Source: Terriglobia bacterium
GTDB lineage: Bacteria; Acidobacteriota; Terriglobia; 2-12-FULL-54-10
DNA length: 64,000 nt
Direction of reading: 5' to 3'
Assembly: GCA_963666975.2 (NCBI GenBank)
Contig: CAXVYR010000003.1
Location: 992,001-1,056,000 of the forward strand
Shown here: positions 31,190-41,431 of the stretch, in pieces
Numbering within the stretch: the stretch's first letter is position 1
Layout: every line of letters starts with the position of its first letter
Position numbers and translations under genes: made by a program
Notes under the pieces: model-generated
Told to the model about the DNA's origin: nothing
Databases searched by the model: none
The model's input: the letters and a program-made list of their open reading frames with translations, nothing else

Positions 31190-32650
31190 TCACCCCTTCA
31201 GCACCCCCATCGGCGCCAGGCGTGCGGCTTTGCGGGCGAGGCCGGCCTGGTGGACGACCTCGACGACCTCATCCACGTCCTTATAGGCTTCGGGAATTTC
31301 TTCCAGAATTCCGTCACGAGTCCGCGATTGGACGATGATGCCCTTCTCCTCAAGCTCCCTCTTCACCTGCTGGATGTCCCGGCCACGCTTTGCGGCGGTG
31401 CGGCTCATCATGCGGCCTGCCCCGTGGCAGACGCTTCCGAAAGTCTCTTCCATTGCTTTCTGCGCCCCCACCAACACATAGGAAGCTGTCCCCATGCTGC
31501 CGGGGATCAAGACCGGCTGGCCGATCTCTTGATACCGGCTGGGAATCTCCGGGCTGCCGGGCGGGAAGGCTCGCGTTGCTCCTTTGCGGTGGACCAAAAC
31601 GTCCCTCTCTACCCCGCCTACCTTATATGTCTCCCGCTTGGCGATGTTGTGCGCCACATCGTAAACCACCCGAACCGCCGCGCCGTCGCCAAAAATTCGC
31701 TCAATAGCCCGGCGCGTAAAATGCGTGATCGCCTGCCGGTTGGCCCATGCAAAGTTGGCTGCGGCATACATCGCACCCAGATAATCCTGCCCCTCGGGAG
31801 ACTGTATCGGCACGCAGGCAAGCTGACGGTCCGGCAGCGTGATGTTGTATTTCTTCATCGCCGCGCCCATCTCCATCTGTGCCAGGAAATCCGTGCAGAC
31901 CTGGTGGCCGAGCCCTCGTGAGCCGGTGTGGATCAGCACCACCACTTGGCCTTCCGATAGCCCCAGCGCATCTCCCACTTCCGGTTCGAAAACTTTTTGG
32001 ACGTACTGGACCTCCACAAAATGGTTCCCGCTGCCGATGCTGCCCACCTGAGGCCGTCCCCGATGCTTGGCGCGCTGGCTGACGCGGCTTGGATCAGCCC
32101 CGCGCATCCGGCCCCGTTCTTCTGAAAACTCCAGATCACCCAGCTCGCCGTAACCACGCTCCACCACCCACTCCGCGCCGTGGCTGAGCAGGCTGTCGAG
32201 GCCTGCCGAATCCACCGGGACGGCGCCTTCGCGACCGATACCGCAGGGAATGTCCCGGAAAAGCTGTTGCACCAAGTCGCGAAGACGCGGTGCGACCTCC
32301 TCCCGCGTGAGCGAGGTGCCAAGCAAGCGGACGCCGCAGTTGATGTCAAAGCCGACTCCGCCCGGCGAGACCACCCCCTTGCGGTAGTCGGTGGCCGCCA
32401 CGCCGCCGATGGGAAAACCGTAGCCCTGGTGGATGTCCGGCATGGCGAGCGCATCCCCCACGATCCCCGGCAAGGTGGCCACGTTCACGGCCTGTTCCAG
32501 TGAGAGGTCCTTCCGGATGGCGGCCATCAGCTTCTCGCTGGCATAGATCACCGCATTGGTGCGCATGTCACTGCGCGATTCTTTGGGAATCATGTAACGG
32601 TACTCGTCCAGCTTGCGAATGCGGGAAGCGTCGAACATAGGTTTTGTCAC
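31190..32650 (-). CDS. rtcB: RtcB family RNA 3'-phosphate/5'-OH ligase
   Basis: MPDIHQGYGFPIG, DINCG, GNHFVE, HTGSRG, HRKGAT, HGAGR. Confidence 0.95.
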   Translation of the reverse strand: MTKPMFDASRIRKLDEYRYMIPKESRSDMRTNAVIYASEKLMAAIRKDLSLEQAVNVATLPGIVGDALAMPDIHQGYGFPIGGVAATDYRKGVVSPGGVGFDINCGVRLLGTSLTREEVAPRLRDLVQQLFRDIPCGIGREGAVPVDSAGLDSLLSHGAEWVVERGYGELGDLEFSEERGRMRGADPSRVSQRAKHRGRPQVGSIGSGNHFVEVQYVQKVFEPEVGDALGLSEGQVVVLIHTGSRGLGHQVCTDFLAQMEMGAAMKKYNITLPDRQLACVPIQSPEGQDYLGAMYAAANFAWANRQAITHFTRRAIERIFGDGAAVRVVYDVAHNIAKRETYKVGGVERDVLVHRKGATRAFPPGSPEIPSRYQEIGQPVLIPGSMGTASYVLVGAQKAMEETFGSVCHGAGRMMSRTAAKRGRDIQQVKRELEEKGIIVQSRTRDGILEEIPEAYKDVDEVVEVVHQAGLARKAARLAPMGVLKG

Positions 32651-32813
32651 ACTGCTCTCCTAAGCGGACCATTATACCTCCCAGCCCGAGACGCCAGAAA
32701 CTTGCAGGCCGCTACCAGCACTAATGTGCCGCAAAGATTCCCAATACTGCAACCGGGTTGCTGATGGCGGGCCGGTAAAGTATGATGGAGGAAATCAGGA
32801 AGAGAAAAAAGAT

Positions 32814-32890
<77 letters not shown>

Positions 32891-32952
32891 TTTCAGTCTT
32901 TCCAAATCAATGGGATACATCTGCCTCGATTGCATTTGCCCATCCCTAAACC

Positions 32953-33014
32953 TCAAAACCGTATCAAAACCGTATCAAAACCCCGCAACTGGTGATGTGC
33001 CGTATCAAAACCCC
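32953..33014. repeat. 11-bp-period direct repeats (TCAAAACCGTA), putative integrase arm-type sites
   Basis: Two and a half tandem copies at 32953-32984 plus a further copy at about 33000-33014, just 3' of the tRNA. Confidence 0.6.
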
Positions 33015-33140
33015 ACGGCTGCAAGTTCATTTGCACGGCGATTGATTTTTGTCAACGTGTCGCTGGCGAATTACAAATTAGGCCCTCAAAGAGGGCCTTC
33101 TGGAGAAACGGAAGCGCGTCCTTGATCAGCCGGATCGCTG

Positions 33141-33842
33141 CTATTCATTCGGACCGCGATGCGCGGTGGCGTCCTGGTCGACGCAGTCTTCCTCTTCATA
33201 GGTCATGCCGTGGCGACCGGGAACCTTTCGGGTGGGACCGGGCTTGTAGCTGGAACAGAACAGAGGTCCGTAACAGAAGGTTTCCGTCCTGTAGCGCCGT
33301 CGGTCGGGGTTCCATTGGTCGATGATCATTTCCACAGGCATGACACAGCCCCAGATACAGCTATTACATTTCGTATCGTAGGTCGTTACCGCCAGGCGCC
33401 GATGCCCGCGCTCGCGATAGGCGGGCAACGGAGGAGGCACTCCATGCCATGGTGCCGCTAAGGCCTGCTCTTCTCCACGCCGGATCAGTTTCAGTTTGCT
33501 GACTCTATAGATGTCGGCGGTTTCGAGTCGCGGATCCGCAACCCGATGCCCCAGCCCCTCGACGAGGTCACCCATTCGGAATTGGTGTTTGGCGTGGGTT
33601 CCGGAGCCAATACCGACGCGAAATTCAGCAGAAACTCCGCCGACTGTTCCCTCGATCCGCAACAGGTAACCCAGATAAGTGTGGCTCCGTTCATCGAAAG
33701 AACGGGTCAGACGAATTCGAGGTTGGACTGAAGTGACAGCTCCAGACCAGGAAATCTTTTCGTTCCTCGACAGTTCGTTCGAGTTTTCAAAGTTTGGTGA
33801 TCCGAAGTCAGGCGGCAATGGGCGTTTGATATAAACCTCCAC
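33141..33842 (-). CDS. Cys-containing hypothetical protein (passenger; start uncertain)
   Basis: Long ORF with C..C.WGC...CYGP..C cluster. Confidence 0.65.
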   Translation of the reverse strand: MEVYIKRPLPPDFGSPNFENSNELSRNEKISWSGAVTSVQPRIRLTRSFDERSHTYLGYLLRIEGTVGGVSAEFRVGIGSGTHAKHQFRMGDLVEGLGHRVADPRLETADIYRVSKLKLIRRGEEQALAAPWHGVPPPLPAYRERGHRRLAVTTYDTKCNSCIWGCVMPVEMIIDQWNPDRRRYRTETFCYGPLFCSSYKPGPTRKVPGRHGMTYEEEDCVDQDATAHRGPNE

Positions 33843-34893
33843 AATGTCGTCGCCATCGGTAGAAGCCGAAGCTCAGAGGGACCTTCGGGCCGGACATCTC
33901 CTGCGGCGTACATCCTGCGCGTGCTGAATGCGCCCGATGGTGGTTGTAGTAGTCTTGGAAATCGAGCAGCTTGTTCTCCAGATCCGCCGTCGTCCAGAAC
34001 AACATGCGATCCAAATACTCGCGTCGAATCGTGCCGATCAGCCGTTCCACAAAGGGATGGGACAGGGGAACATAGGGGACGGTTTTGATTTCGGTCACTT
34101 CCAGAATCCGCAGATTGGCTTGCCACTGCCCAAACCGATAAAGTGGATCATGGTCGGAGCTGAGGTAGTTGGGCATACAGGGTTGCCATCGAATGGCGCG
34201 GTTGAACATCCGGCAAAGTGCGACTCCATTGACGGTTCCGGCGTGAACGCCGAACCCAATGATCCGGCGAGTGTATTGATCCATGACGACCAAGACCCAG
34301 TTGGTCCGCAATGTGGCCAATTCGCACCGGAACAAATCCAGACTCCAGAGGCTGTCTTTCAGGTGTCCAATGAAGGTCAACCAGGATGGCCCACCGGAGT
34401 TGTTAGCCGGCCGATAGTGGCTGGCGAGAATCCTTCGAACAACGTCTTTGTCGATGGGGATGTCGAAAGCCAAGGCAATCTGCTGAGCGATTCGCGGGCA
34501 GCCCCAGGTGGGATTGCGCTGCTTCATCTGGACAACAGCGTCGATGAGTTCTTTATTGGGTCCGTTTGGTCCGGGCTTACGCCGGTGCTTGGATGAAAAG
34601 AGCAGGCGATATTTTAGGTTCCTCAGAGCCCGGTGGAGGCCCAAAAGAGTCGAAGGCTTCAGCACGATTGCTGAACGAATCAGGCGGGCGGGGCGAATGA
34701 GCAGAGCACACAAACCGGCGACAAGGCGATCTGAGCTGCGTAGATTGGGCGACCGCTGCCGCGAACGATTGAGGATCAGAAGTTGTTGCTTGACAAGAAC
34801 GGACTCAGCCACCACAGAACGGATGCCACCCGGACCTGCAAGTCGGGCAAGAGTAACGATTAAATGAACGAAAAGGATGACAAGATCACGCAT
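33808..34893 (-). CDS. Integrase-core (rve) transposase
   Basis: NPTWG..RI, W.LD.F, D...R.I, SD.D, ER.IGTIRRE, YN.HR.H. Confidence 0.88.
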   Translation of the reverse strand: MRDLVILFVHLIVTLARLAGPGGIRSVVAESVLVKQQLLILNRSRQRSPNLRSSDRLVAGLCALLIRPARLIRSAIVLKPSTLLGLHRALRNLKYRLLFSSKHRRKPGPNGPNKELIDAVVQMKQRNPTWGCPRIAQQIALAFDIPIDKDVVRRILASHYRPANNSGGPSWLTFIGHLKDSLWSLDLFRCELATLRTNWVLVVMDQYTRRIIGFGVHAGTVNGVALCRMFNRAIRWQPCMPNYLSSDHDPLYRFGQWQANLRILEVTEIKTVPYVPLSHPFVERLIGTIRREYLDRMLFWTTADLENKLLDFQDYYNHHRAHSARAGCTPQEMSGPKVPLSFGFYRWRRHCGGLYQTPIAA

Positions 34894-35277
34894 CTTGGCA
34901 TTCTATCAAATCTTGAAAATGGCAGAATATTGGCCCGTTTTAGCAATTCACCAGGGACACGAATGAAATGATCCGGAATTTCCTTTAGCCCTCCGGTGAT
35001 TGAAAATATACACGCACTTTGGTGCAACCGAGCACACTTTTCTCTCCAGGTGGGTACACCAGCTGCCCAAAACCTCGGTCTGGTCAGAATCCTCGGAGCT
35101 TTTCAGCGAGTTCTTCGGCCTGGTCACGGATCCAGAAAGTGGCTCTTAGTTTTTCAGCGATTTCTGTCCGAAATAGGCTAGCGTACTACACCAACCGAGC
35201 CCAGCGCAGCCCGTTTGGGCATCATGGTTGAGAAGTTCAGACTAGCTATTCAGCGTACCGTGTGGTGCTCTTCCGCT

Positions 35278-38200
35278 TCAGGGCTGGAGGGATTTACCTG
35301 TAAAAGGCCACTCCTTCCAGCCCTGAAGCATAGGGAAATACAGACCCAGCCGAATAGGGCGGGAATCGATGGACTGGATTACGCTCGCATAGCTTTCCAA
35401 CTGAGTGCTATAGCGCACCTTCTCATTATCGAGGAAGCTGTCAGCAGCTCCACCGGCATGAGTTCCGGTCTTGTAGTCAATGATCCATCGCGTGCCACCA
35501 TCGACGAAGGTCCTATCCAAGACGAAACGCTGGACTCTGCCTTCTACGATTGCGGAAAGTGCGTACTCTCGTTCGTCGCCTTCGTGCTGCGAAAGAATCC
35601 AGCGACCGCGGTCGTCTCCGATGGTATTTTTCAGTGCGGATGCTGCTCGGGATACAGATTGGTCGAGCTTTTCACCGTCCAGTCCTTCGCATCGCAGTGC
35701 AGTTCGGAGGGTCTCTTCGCTGAAGTTCAGACGATCCGGCGCGCGCATCTGCTGAAGCATCCGATGGACGACGATACCCACTCGCCGCTGTAGTTCGCTC
35801 ACCCACTCAAAGGTCGGATGGCTTGTCTTTGTGTCTTCCGTCTCGGATGGTTGTTTCCGCGGTTTCCAAACGACATCATTAGGTGGAGGGAGAGGCACCC
35901 AGTCCGCAACTAGGCGTCGAAGGGGGATACCTTGAGGCTTCGCCTTGACTGTGTAGTCGTCACCCTCTTTCTCTACATGATCCTTTAACGCGTTCGAGAA
36001 TTCCGGCTCGACCGTCCTCCATATCTTTGCCAGCAAAGTACGCGAATTAGGCACCCTCAACGCTACACCTCCAGGATCGAATCCGGCATGTCCCAGTAGA
36101 TGTAGATGCTTCCGGGCCCTCGTGGCAGCGACATATAAAAGGCGGGTGCTTTCATGACCGCGTTTCTCCGCTTCAGCGCTTCGCAAGTAGTCGTACAGCA
36201 AATCCTTGTCGCCGCCGACCTCATGTATCGGTGCTAGTAACAGCCGGGACCGATCGCCATCCATGTATTCGCGCCACATTAGCAAACGTGGATCGTCTGG
36301 TCGGGTGCGTCGCCCTAGACACGGTAGGATAACGGTGTCGAACTCCAGCCCCTTTGCCTTGTGAATCGTCAGTAACTGCAGGTTTTCGCTGGCTTCGACG
36401 TCGGAAGGAGCGAACAGACGGGCGACATTTTCGGCGAACTTCTTCTCGTCCCGGATATCTAAACCGTCGAGCGACTGTTCCAAAAGATCCAGGTAAGCTG
36501 CTGCATCTTCGAGTTCTGTCCTCGTTTCCAGGCACGCGGGACCGCCCAGTTCGATCCAGACGCCTTCCACCCAGCGGCGGACTGACAGTCTTCCTCGTTG
36601 GGCAAGGGCATCGCGGAGGAGAGGGATCAAACGGTCGATGCGTGTCCTGCCGTTGGGAGACAACTGCTCTCGTCTCGCGTGATCCTGAAGGAGGTCCCAG
36701 ATTGCAGCTGTGGAGTCGCCGTTGACCAGCACTTCAAGATCCCAGAGCGTCATACCGCACCAGGGCGCCCGGAGAATCGACAACCAGGCCAGACGGTTTC
36801 CCGGATGCAAAAGCGTCTGTGTGAGCGCCATCAAGTCTTGCACCACCGGACGTTCGCCTAAGGCATCAATCTCCACGGCACGAAATTTCTTTCCGGTTCT
36901 GCGAAGCGCAGAGACGATACCGTACAGATGACTGCGGGCCCGCACGAGCACGGCGATCATCTCGCCTGGGCGTTTTGACTGCGTTTCATCAATGATTTCG
37001 ACAACACGTTCGGCTTCGGGCTCCGGCTCATCCGCCAGAAACGGATGCACAAGAACGGCACTGTCAGGACTGTCGGCCTTGAACGGTACAGAGGGCTCGT
37101 AAGTCACTGCGCCGGTGAACACATCCTCCGTATTCGGGAACGCGTCGCTCAATGCGCGGTTCACCCATTGCACGATTCCCGCATTTGAACGGAAATTCAC
37201 CGAGAGCGTGAGCGGCGTCAGCGGGATCGCGGCTATCCCATTCGAACGAGCACGCAAAAAGAGTCCCACCTCCGCTTCGCGAAAACCGTAGATCGACTGC
37301 ATCGGATCGCCGACCAGGAATAACGTCCGGCCATCTCCGTGCTGCCAGTCCCCGATGAGTCGAGTCAGCAAGTCGTACTGACTCTGGGACGTATCTTGAA
37401 ACTCATCAATCAGCAGATGCTGGATTCGGCAGTCGAGGGCAAAAGCGAGGTCGGTAGGAGCCGCATCGGAGCCCAGGGCGAATCGTGCTCCAATCGCGAT
37501 CTCTGTGAAGTCGACACCTCCTTCTTCCTGAAAGACGAGTCGAAGTTGGTCGACGGCCACAGGCAACAAGAGCATCAGTGCGCCCAGGACGTCCCACTGT
37601 TTCTCGTCAAAGCGTGGCGGCGGCAGCGACCGTAACGCGTGCAATGAAGCCAAGACGGCTGGGTCTAGTTCGATCTTGCTCAACCGCTCTTTAGCTGTAC
37701 GTACAGCAGCGGTTGCTGGGAATCCTGAGTTCTTTGTGGGTTTCAGGCGGCGCGTTCCTTGCTTGGTCAGGAACATCTCTGCAAGCCCCAACCAACGCGG
37801 CAGCGATTCGATTGTGGCTTCTGGAAAGTCGTGGAGTTCGAAGCAGGCGTTTAGAACACTGGTGCGGTCTTCGTTTCGAAGGTTCCCAGCCGCGAAACGG
37901 GCGAGCTCAACCGTTTCGGCCTTGAAACGTTCCGGGAATGTCGCCACGAGCCGTTCGAGTGCCCGCTCGATAACTTGTCTGAGGGAGGACTCCAACTCCT
38001 CCCTCAGGAAGGCAGGCACTGGCTGTCCGAGTACATGGCGTAGCCACTGGTCACGACTCCCCAGCATGGTGCTCAGCAACCGCTCAACAGTTCCGAAATT
38101 GTTGTCCAGGTGTGAAAGAAGTTGCGACAACGCCCCGGATACTTCGGCCGACGTCCGGTCAGAATCCAACACTGCCAACGTTCGAAGGGCCGCCTGAAGG

Positions 38201-38649
38201 TGCAGATGCCCGACATCTTCCTCCGGGCGGGGTGCTGCCCCCATGCGTGAAACCCAGGGCATCTGCCGAACCAGCATGGCGCACAGCGAATCGATCGTCT
38301 GAATTCGAAGACGTGACGGATGCTCGGTCAAACGCCAGTTCAGTCCGTCATTCCGGGTAAGCGCTTCCTGTGCGAGTTTCCATGTGTGCTTTTCGTGCGG
38401 TGCCGCGGGTTCCGGGCCTGAGGCACTCTGAAGGGCAGCGATTACCCGGTGGCGCATCTCCGCAGCTGCCTTACGAGTAAAGGTAATGGCCACGACGGCC
38501 TCTGGTTGATCCACTCGAGCCAGCAATGCCAGGAATCGCTGGATGAGCAATTCGGTCTTTCCTGAACCTGCGGGGGCCTGGACGATGAATGACCGAGTGT
38601 GATCGAGCGCATGGAGACGTTGTTTCTGGTCCTGCATGCGGTTAATCAT
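35278..38649 (-). CDS. AddA-like UvrD helicase with C-terminal PD-(D/E)xK nuclease
   Basis: APAGSGKT, TFTRKAA, DEFQD, GDPMQSIY.FR, TIHKAKGLE, YVAATRA, DR...IIDYK; ATG at 38649 overlaps upstream stop. Confidence 0.9.
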   Translation of the reverse strand: MINRMQDQKQRLHALDHTRSFIVQAPAGSGKTELLIQRFLALLARVDQPEAVVAITFTRKAAAEMRHRVIAALQSASGPEPAAPHEKHTWKLAQEALTRNDGLNWRLTEHPSRLRIQTIDSLCAMLVRQMPWVSRMGAAPRPEEDVGHLHLQAALRTLAVLDSDRTSAEVSGALSQLLSHLDNNFGTVERLLSTMLGSRDQWLRHVLGQPVPAFLREELESSLRQVIERALERLVATFPERFKAETVELARFAAGNLRNEDRTSVLNACFELHDFPEATIESLPRWLGLAEMFLTKQGTRRLKPTKNSGFPATAAVRTAKERLSKIELDPAVLASLHALRSLPPPRFDEKQWDVLGALMLLLPVAVDQLRLVFQEEGGVDFTEIAIGARFALGSDAAPTDLAFALDCRIQHLLIDEFQDTSQSQYDLLTRLIGDWQHGDGRTLFLVGDPMQSIYGFREAEVGLFLRARSNGIAAIPLTPLTLSVNFRSNAGIVQWVNRALSDAFPNTEDVFTGAVTYEPSVPFKADSPDSAVLVHPFLADEPEPEAERVVEIIDETQSKRPGEMIAVLVRARSHLYGIVSALRRTGKKFRAVEIDALGERPVVQDLMALTQTLLHPGNRLAWLSILRAPWCGMTLWDLEVLVNGDSTAAIWDLLQDHARREQLSPNGRTRIDRLIPLLRDALAQRGRLSVRRWVEGVWIELGGPACLETRTELEDAAAYLDLLEQSLDGLDIRDEKKFAENVARLFAPSDVEASENLQLLTIHKAKGLEFDTVILPCLGRRTRPDDPRLLMWREYMDGDRSRLLLAPIHEVGGDKDLLYDYLRSAEAEKRGHESTRLLYVAATRARKHLHLLGHAGFDPGGVALRVPNSRTLLAKIWRTVEPEFSNALKDHVEKEGDDYTVKAKPQGIPLRRLVADWVPLPPPNDVVWKPRKQPSETEDTKTSHPTFEWVSELQRRVGIVVHRMLQQMRAPDRLNFSEETLRTALRCEGLDGEKLDQSVSRAASALKNTIGDDRGRWILSQHEGDEREYALSAIVEGRVQRFVLDRTFVDGGTRWIIDYKTGTHAGGAADSFLDNEKVRYSTQLESYASVIQSIDSRPIRLGLYFPMLQGWKEWPFTGKSLQP

Positions 38650-41281
38650 CGCCACGCTCCAACTCAATAGCAGCTTGGCTGATCCGACAAAGTGTGGGCA
38701 ACTCGCAATGCCGGCAGGTCTGACGGCGGTCCTTGGGATCGACAATAGCTTGTCCCGCTCTAAAGTCTCGGCCTAGTCGATCCAGGACACCCCGCCACTC
38801 TTCGATGGTTTGGCCTATGGGCGGCTGGCCATCGGGCACCCGGACGCCGGGAACAATACCCTCGGAGCGAGCCAAACCTCGAAAGCCCAACTTGCCGGTC
38901 TTGAGCCTCCCGAAGAAGACACCCGCGACGGGCGAGTCCGCTGTAACAGCGTAGATGGGCAATTGTGGTTCATCCGGCCTCGGTCCATCCCAATCGGAGG
39001 GGCTGCACTCACCCGTTTTGTAGTCGACGATGACCAGTTCTCCATTCTCGAGGCGATCCACACGGTCGGCGCGGATATTCACGTCAATGCCGCCTACTGT
39101 CACAGTCTGTCTTTCTTCCTGTTCGAGCATTGCGAATGGCTGCCGTTCCCGTTCGAGAAGCAACCATTCCTCAATTACTCGTTCGAGCCGAGCTTGTTCG
39201 ATCGCCGCAAACCGAGAGCCTCGCAGAGCTCGGCGGCGTCTGGAAAAGTACTGAATCTCGGAGCCGACGTTCGAGCGCACGATGTCCACCAACCTATCCT
39301 CAGCCATCGACAGTAGTCCCTCGTGTGATCGCAACTGTTTCCAGACACGCTCCAGAATGCGGTGGATCAACTGACCTCGGTCAAGAGCGTTCAATCCTGG
39401 CTCCGGCTGATCCGGTGCTTTTGCTCCAAGACGGAACTCGGCAAACGCTTTGAATGGACATGCTGCCTGAAGCTTGAATAGGGAGGTCCCGCCCTTGAGT
39501 GCGGAATCGCCGCACGGCGGCCCACTGTGGTCCTCCAGGGTCTCCATCCGGGACGAGCGTTGAAGTTGCTCCACGTAACTGGCTGAAGTCAGGATCTCCA
39601 GATCGGCAGCCGAAACTTCAGCCAACGCACCAAAGAGCGGGCTAACTCTCAAATCTGAATCGCCTTCCCGCTCTGGATGGCTGACGACAACAGTCGGAGC
39701 GCCCGACAAGAGGCGCGCTGTGAGAGTTTTGGTAAACTCCAGTTCCCGGTCCGGCGACGAGCGAGGCAAGTTGAAACGGCGCTGCAGGCGAAACGGCAGG
39801 AACGGGTCGGGTGTAGGGGCTTTTGGCCACGCATTGTCGTGCATCCCCATGATCCAGAGCCGGTCGAAGCGTAGGCCGGAGGCTTCGAACACGCCCAAAA
39901 TCTGGACGGGTGCAGGCTCGGACTCCGGTTGAAACTGCCTGGCTGAAGCTAGGCGCCTCAGCGCTCCGACGGCGGTGCCCAGCGCGATGTGTCCGGAGAC
40001 ACTATCGAGTATGGTCAGCTCAGACAGCAGTTCATTCCAGACTTTAAGCGTTTGGTACTCAATACTGTCGAGACCTCGATCTCCGGGCCACCCGATGACT
40101 TGCAGGAATCCGGACAAAACAGAAGCCCACTCGCTGGGCATTCGAGTAGTCTGCAGCGCCTCGTACTGCTCCGTCCACGACCGGAGCTGTGATACGAACT
40201 GGGGACACCGATGCGCGGCATCGCTATGCCCCGCCAACCCGATGATGTCTATCAGCGAAACGTGAGGCTCTCCAAGAGAACGCACGGCTACATCCAGGAG
40301 GGCGCGGTTTGTCAATTCCTCCTCAGAACCATTCAGAAATGGAGATCGCAAGAGTCGGCCGGCGATCTCGACTGGCATCTCGTGAGGGTCGGCTCCAAGA
40401 ATCAGGAATGCCGTCTCAATAATCGGGTATTTATCGACAGGTAGTCCGAGAGAGATGTTGAAAAGCCGCTGCGGGTCCAGGTCCGGTCGCAGCCGAGTGC
40501 GGGGATGGAACTCTTCACCGAAAACACGCTCGATCTGGCTGCGGCACCTGCTCAGGTCGGGAACGATGACGCCAATTCGGAAATGTTGAGTTGCAGCGTC
40601 CCGCTCGTTTTCCAAAATGCGGCGCGCCCACTCGGCAGCGGCACGGATTTCACGACTGGCATCGATCAGGCCCAGGCGAACGGCGTCGACGGCGACATCG
40701 GGAAGTTTGCGCTCTCGGACTTTCGTCCCACGCCGGGCGAGGGAGCCGAACAGTCGCTGCTGGGCAGGCGTTGGTTCAAAAAATCCTACAATTTCAATTT
40801 GTTCGGGGACTGAGACTTCTCCCCGTTCGATGAGATCTGCGACAAACGCCGGAAGTTCAGCGCCCGATAACCACCCGTTCTCGCGACAGCGGCGACGGAA
40901 CTCCTTGGCCCACGACTGAAATGCCTCGGTGTCCGCGGAATCCTTCCACTCCGTAGCGTCCAACGGTAGACTCCAGGCACACAGAAGATTCCAGGAAGCA
41001 AGGGCCGACTCGGCGGTCGTGGGTACGTCCAGTAGCTGATCATCAGCCCCGGAACGAATGATATCTTCCCAGATTACCCGTTCTTCGGCTGGCCGGAGGA
41101 GACGGCTTGTCGTCTCTGGCTGCCCGGAAAACAACCAGTCCGTCCACAGTTTAGACAGCCATTCAGGCAACGGCAGGATAGGGGCCGTCAGCCAGGAGGA
41201 CAGGCCTGCCGCCTCCTGTTCCCGGTCGTATTCCTGCCGAAGTTCGCGGTAGAGGCGGCTGGTCGCGGTTATGACGTTCAT
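38642..41281 (-). CDS. AddB-like protein: degenerate helicase plus PD-(D/E)xK nuclease with 4-Cys Fe-S staple
   Basis: CPF, RG..IH..LE, DRVD, VDYKTG, PQL..Y, C.HC....LCR. Confidence 0.88.
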   Translation of the reverse strand: MNVITATSRLYRELRQEYDREQEAAGLSSWLTAPILPLPEWLSKLWTDWLFSGQPETTSRLLRPAEERVIWEDIIRSGADDQLLDVPTTAESALASWNLLCAWSLPLDATEWKDSADTEAFQSWAKEFRRRCRENGWLSGAELPAFVADLIERGEVSVPEQIEIVGFFEPTPAQQRLFGSLARRGTKVRERKLPDVAVDAVRLGLIDASREIRAAAEWARRILENERDAATQHFRIGVIVPDLSRCRSQIERVFGEEFHPRTRLRPDLDPQRLFNISLGLPVDKYPIIETAFLILGADPHEMPVEIAGRLLRSPFLNGSEEELTNRALLDVAVRSLGEPHVSLIDIIGLAGHSDAAHRCPQFVSQLRSWTEQYEALQTTRMPSEWASVLSGFLQVIGWPGDRGLDSIEYQTLKVWNELLSELTILDSVSGHIALGTAVGALRRLASARQFQPESEPAPVQILGVFEASGLRFDRLWIMGMHDNAWPKAPTPDPFLPFRLQRRFNLPRSSPDRELEFTKTLTARLLSGAPTVVVSHPEREGDSDLRVSPLFGALAEVSAADLEILTSASYVEQLQRSSRMETLEDHSGPPCGDSALKGGTSLFKLQAACPFKAFAEFRLGAKAPDQPEPGLNALDRGQLIHRILERVWKQLRSHEGLLSMAEDRLVDIVRSNVGSEIQYFSRRRRALRGSRFAAIEQARLERVIEEWLLLERERQPFAMLEQEERQTVTVGGIDVNIRADRVDRLENGELVIVDYKTGECSPSDWDGPRPDEPQLPIYAVTADSPVAGVFFGRLKTGKLGFRGLARSEGIVPGVRVPDGQPPIGQTIEEWRGVLDRLGRDFRAGQAIVDPKDRRQTCRHCELPTLCRISQAAIELERGDD

Positions 41282-41298
41282 GCTCGGATGATCCAGTC

Positions 41299-41429
41299 GG
41301 TACTGTCAAGTTAACCGGAATTCACTCATTTTCGACGCGATATCAATTCTAGCCAGCACCAAAAATCAGCGACTTAGCTGGCATGTCAATCAGTGGAACC
41401 TCCAGGAAATAAGTTAACTTGACAGTGCC
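41299..41429. mobile_element. 131-bp miniature IS6-type element (MITE or internally deleted IS)
   Basis: 17-bp IRs GGTACTGTCAAGTTAAC / GGCACTGTCAAGTTAAC (16/17); no target duplication. Confidence 0.75.
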
Positions 41430-41431
41430 CA

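Larger units (their letters stand above)
33058..34959 (-). mobile_element. IS481-like (rve DDE) element carrying a passenger gene
   Basis: Terminal IRs TGTCGCTGGCGAATT (33058-33072) and TGTCCCTGGTGAATT (reverse complement of 34945-34959); no clear target duplication. Confidence 0.7.

Noticed and set aside
32953-33014. CRISPR array from short direct repeats (also 58514-58540 and 18130-18351)
   Set aside because: Repeats are tandem with no unique spacers and no cas genes are present
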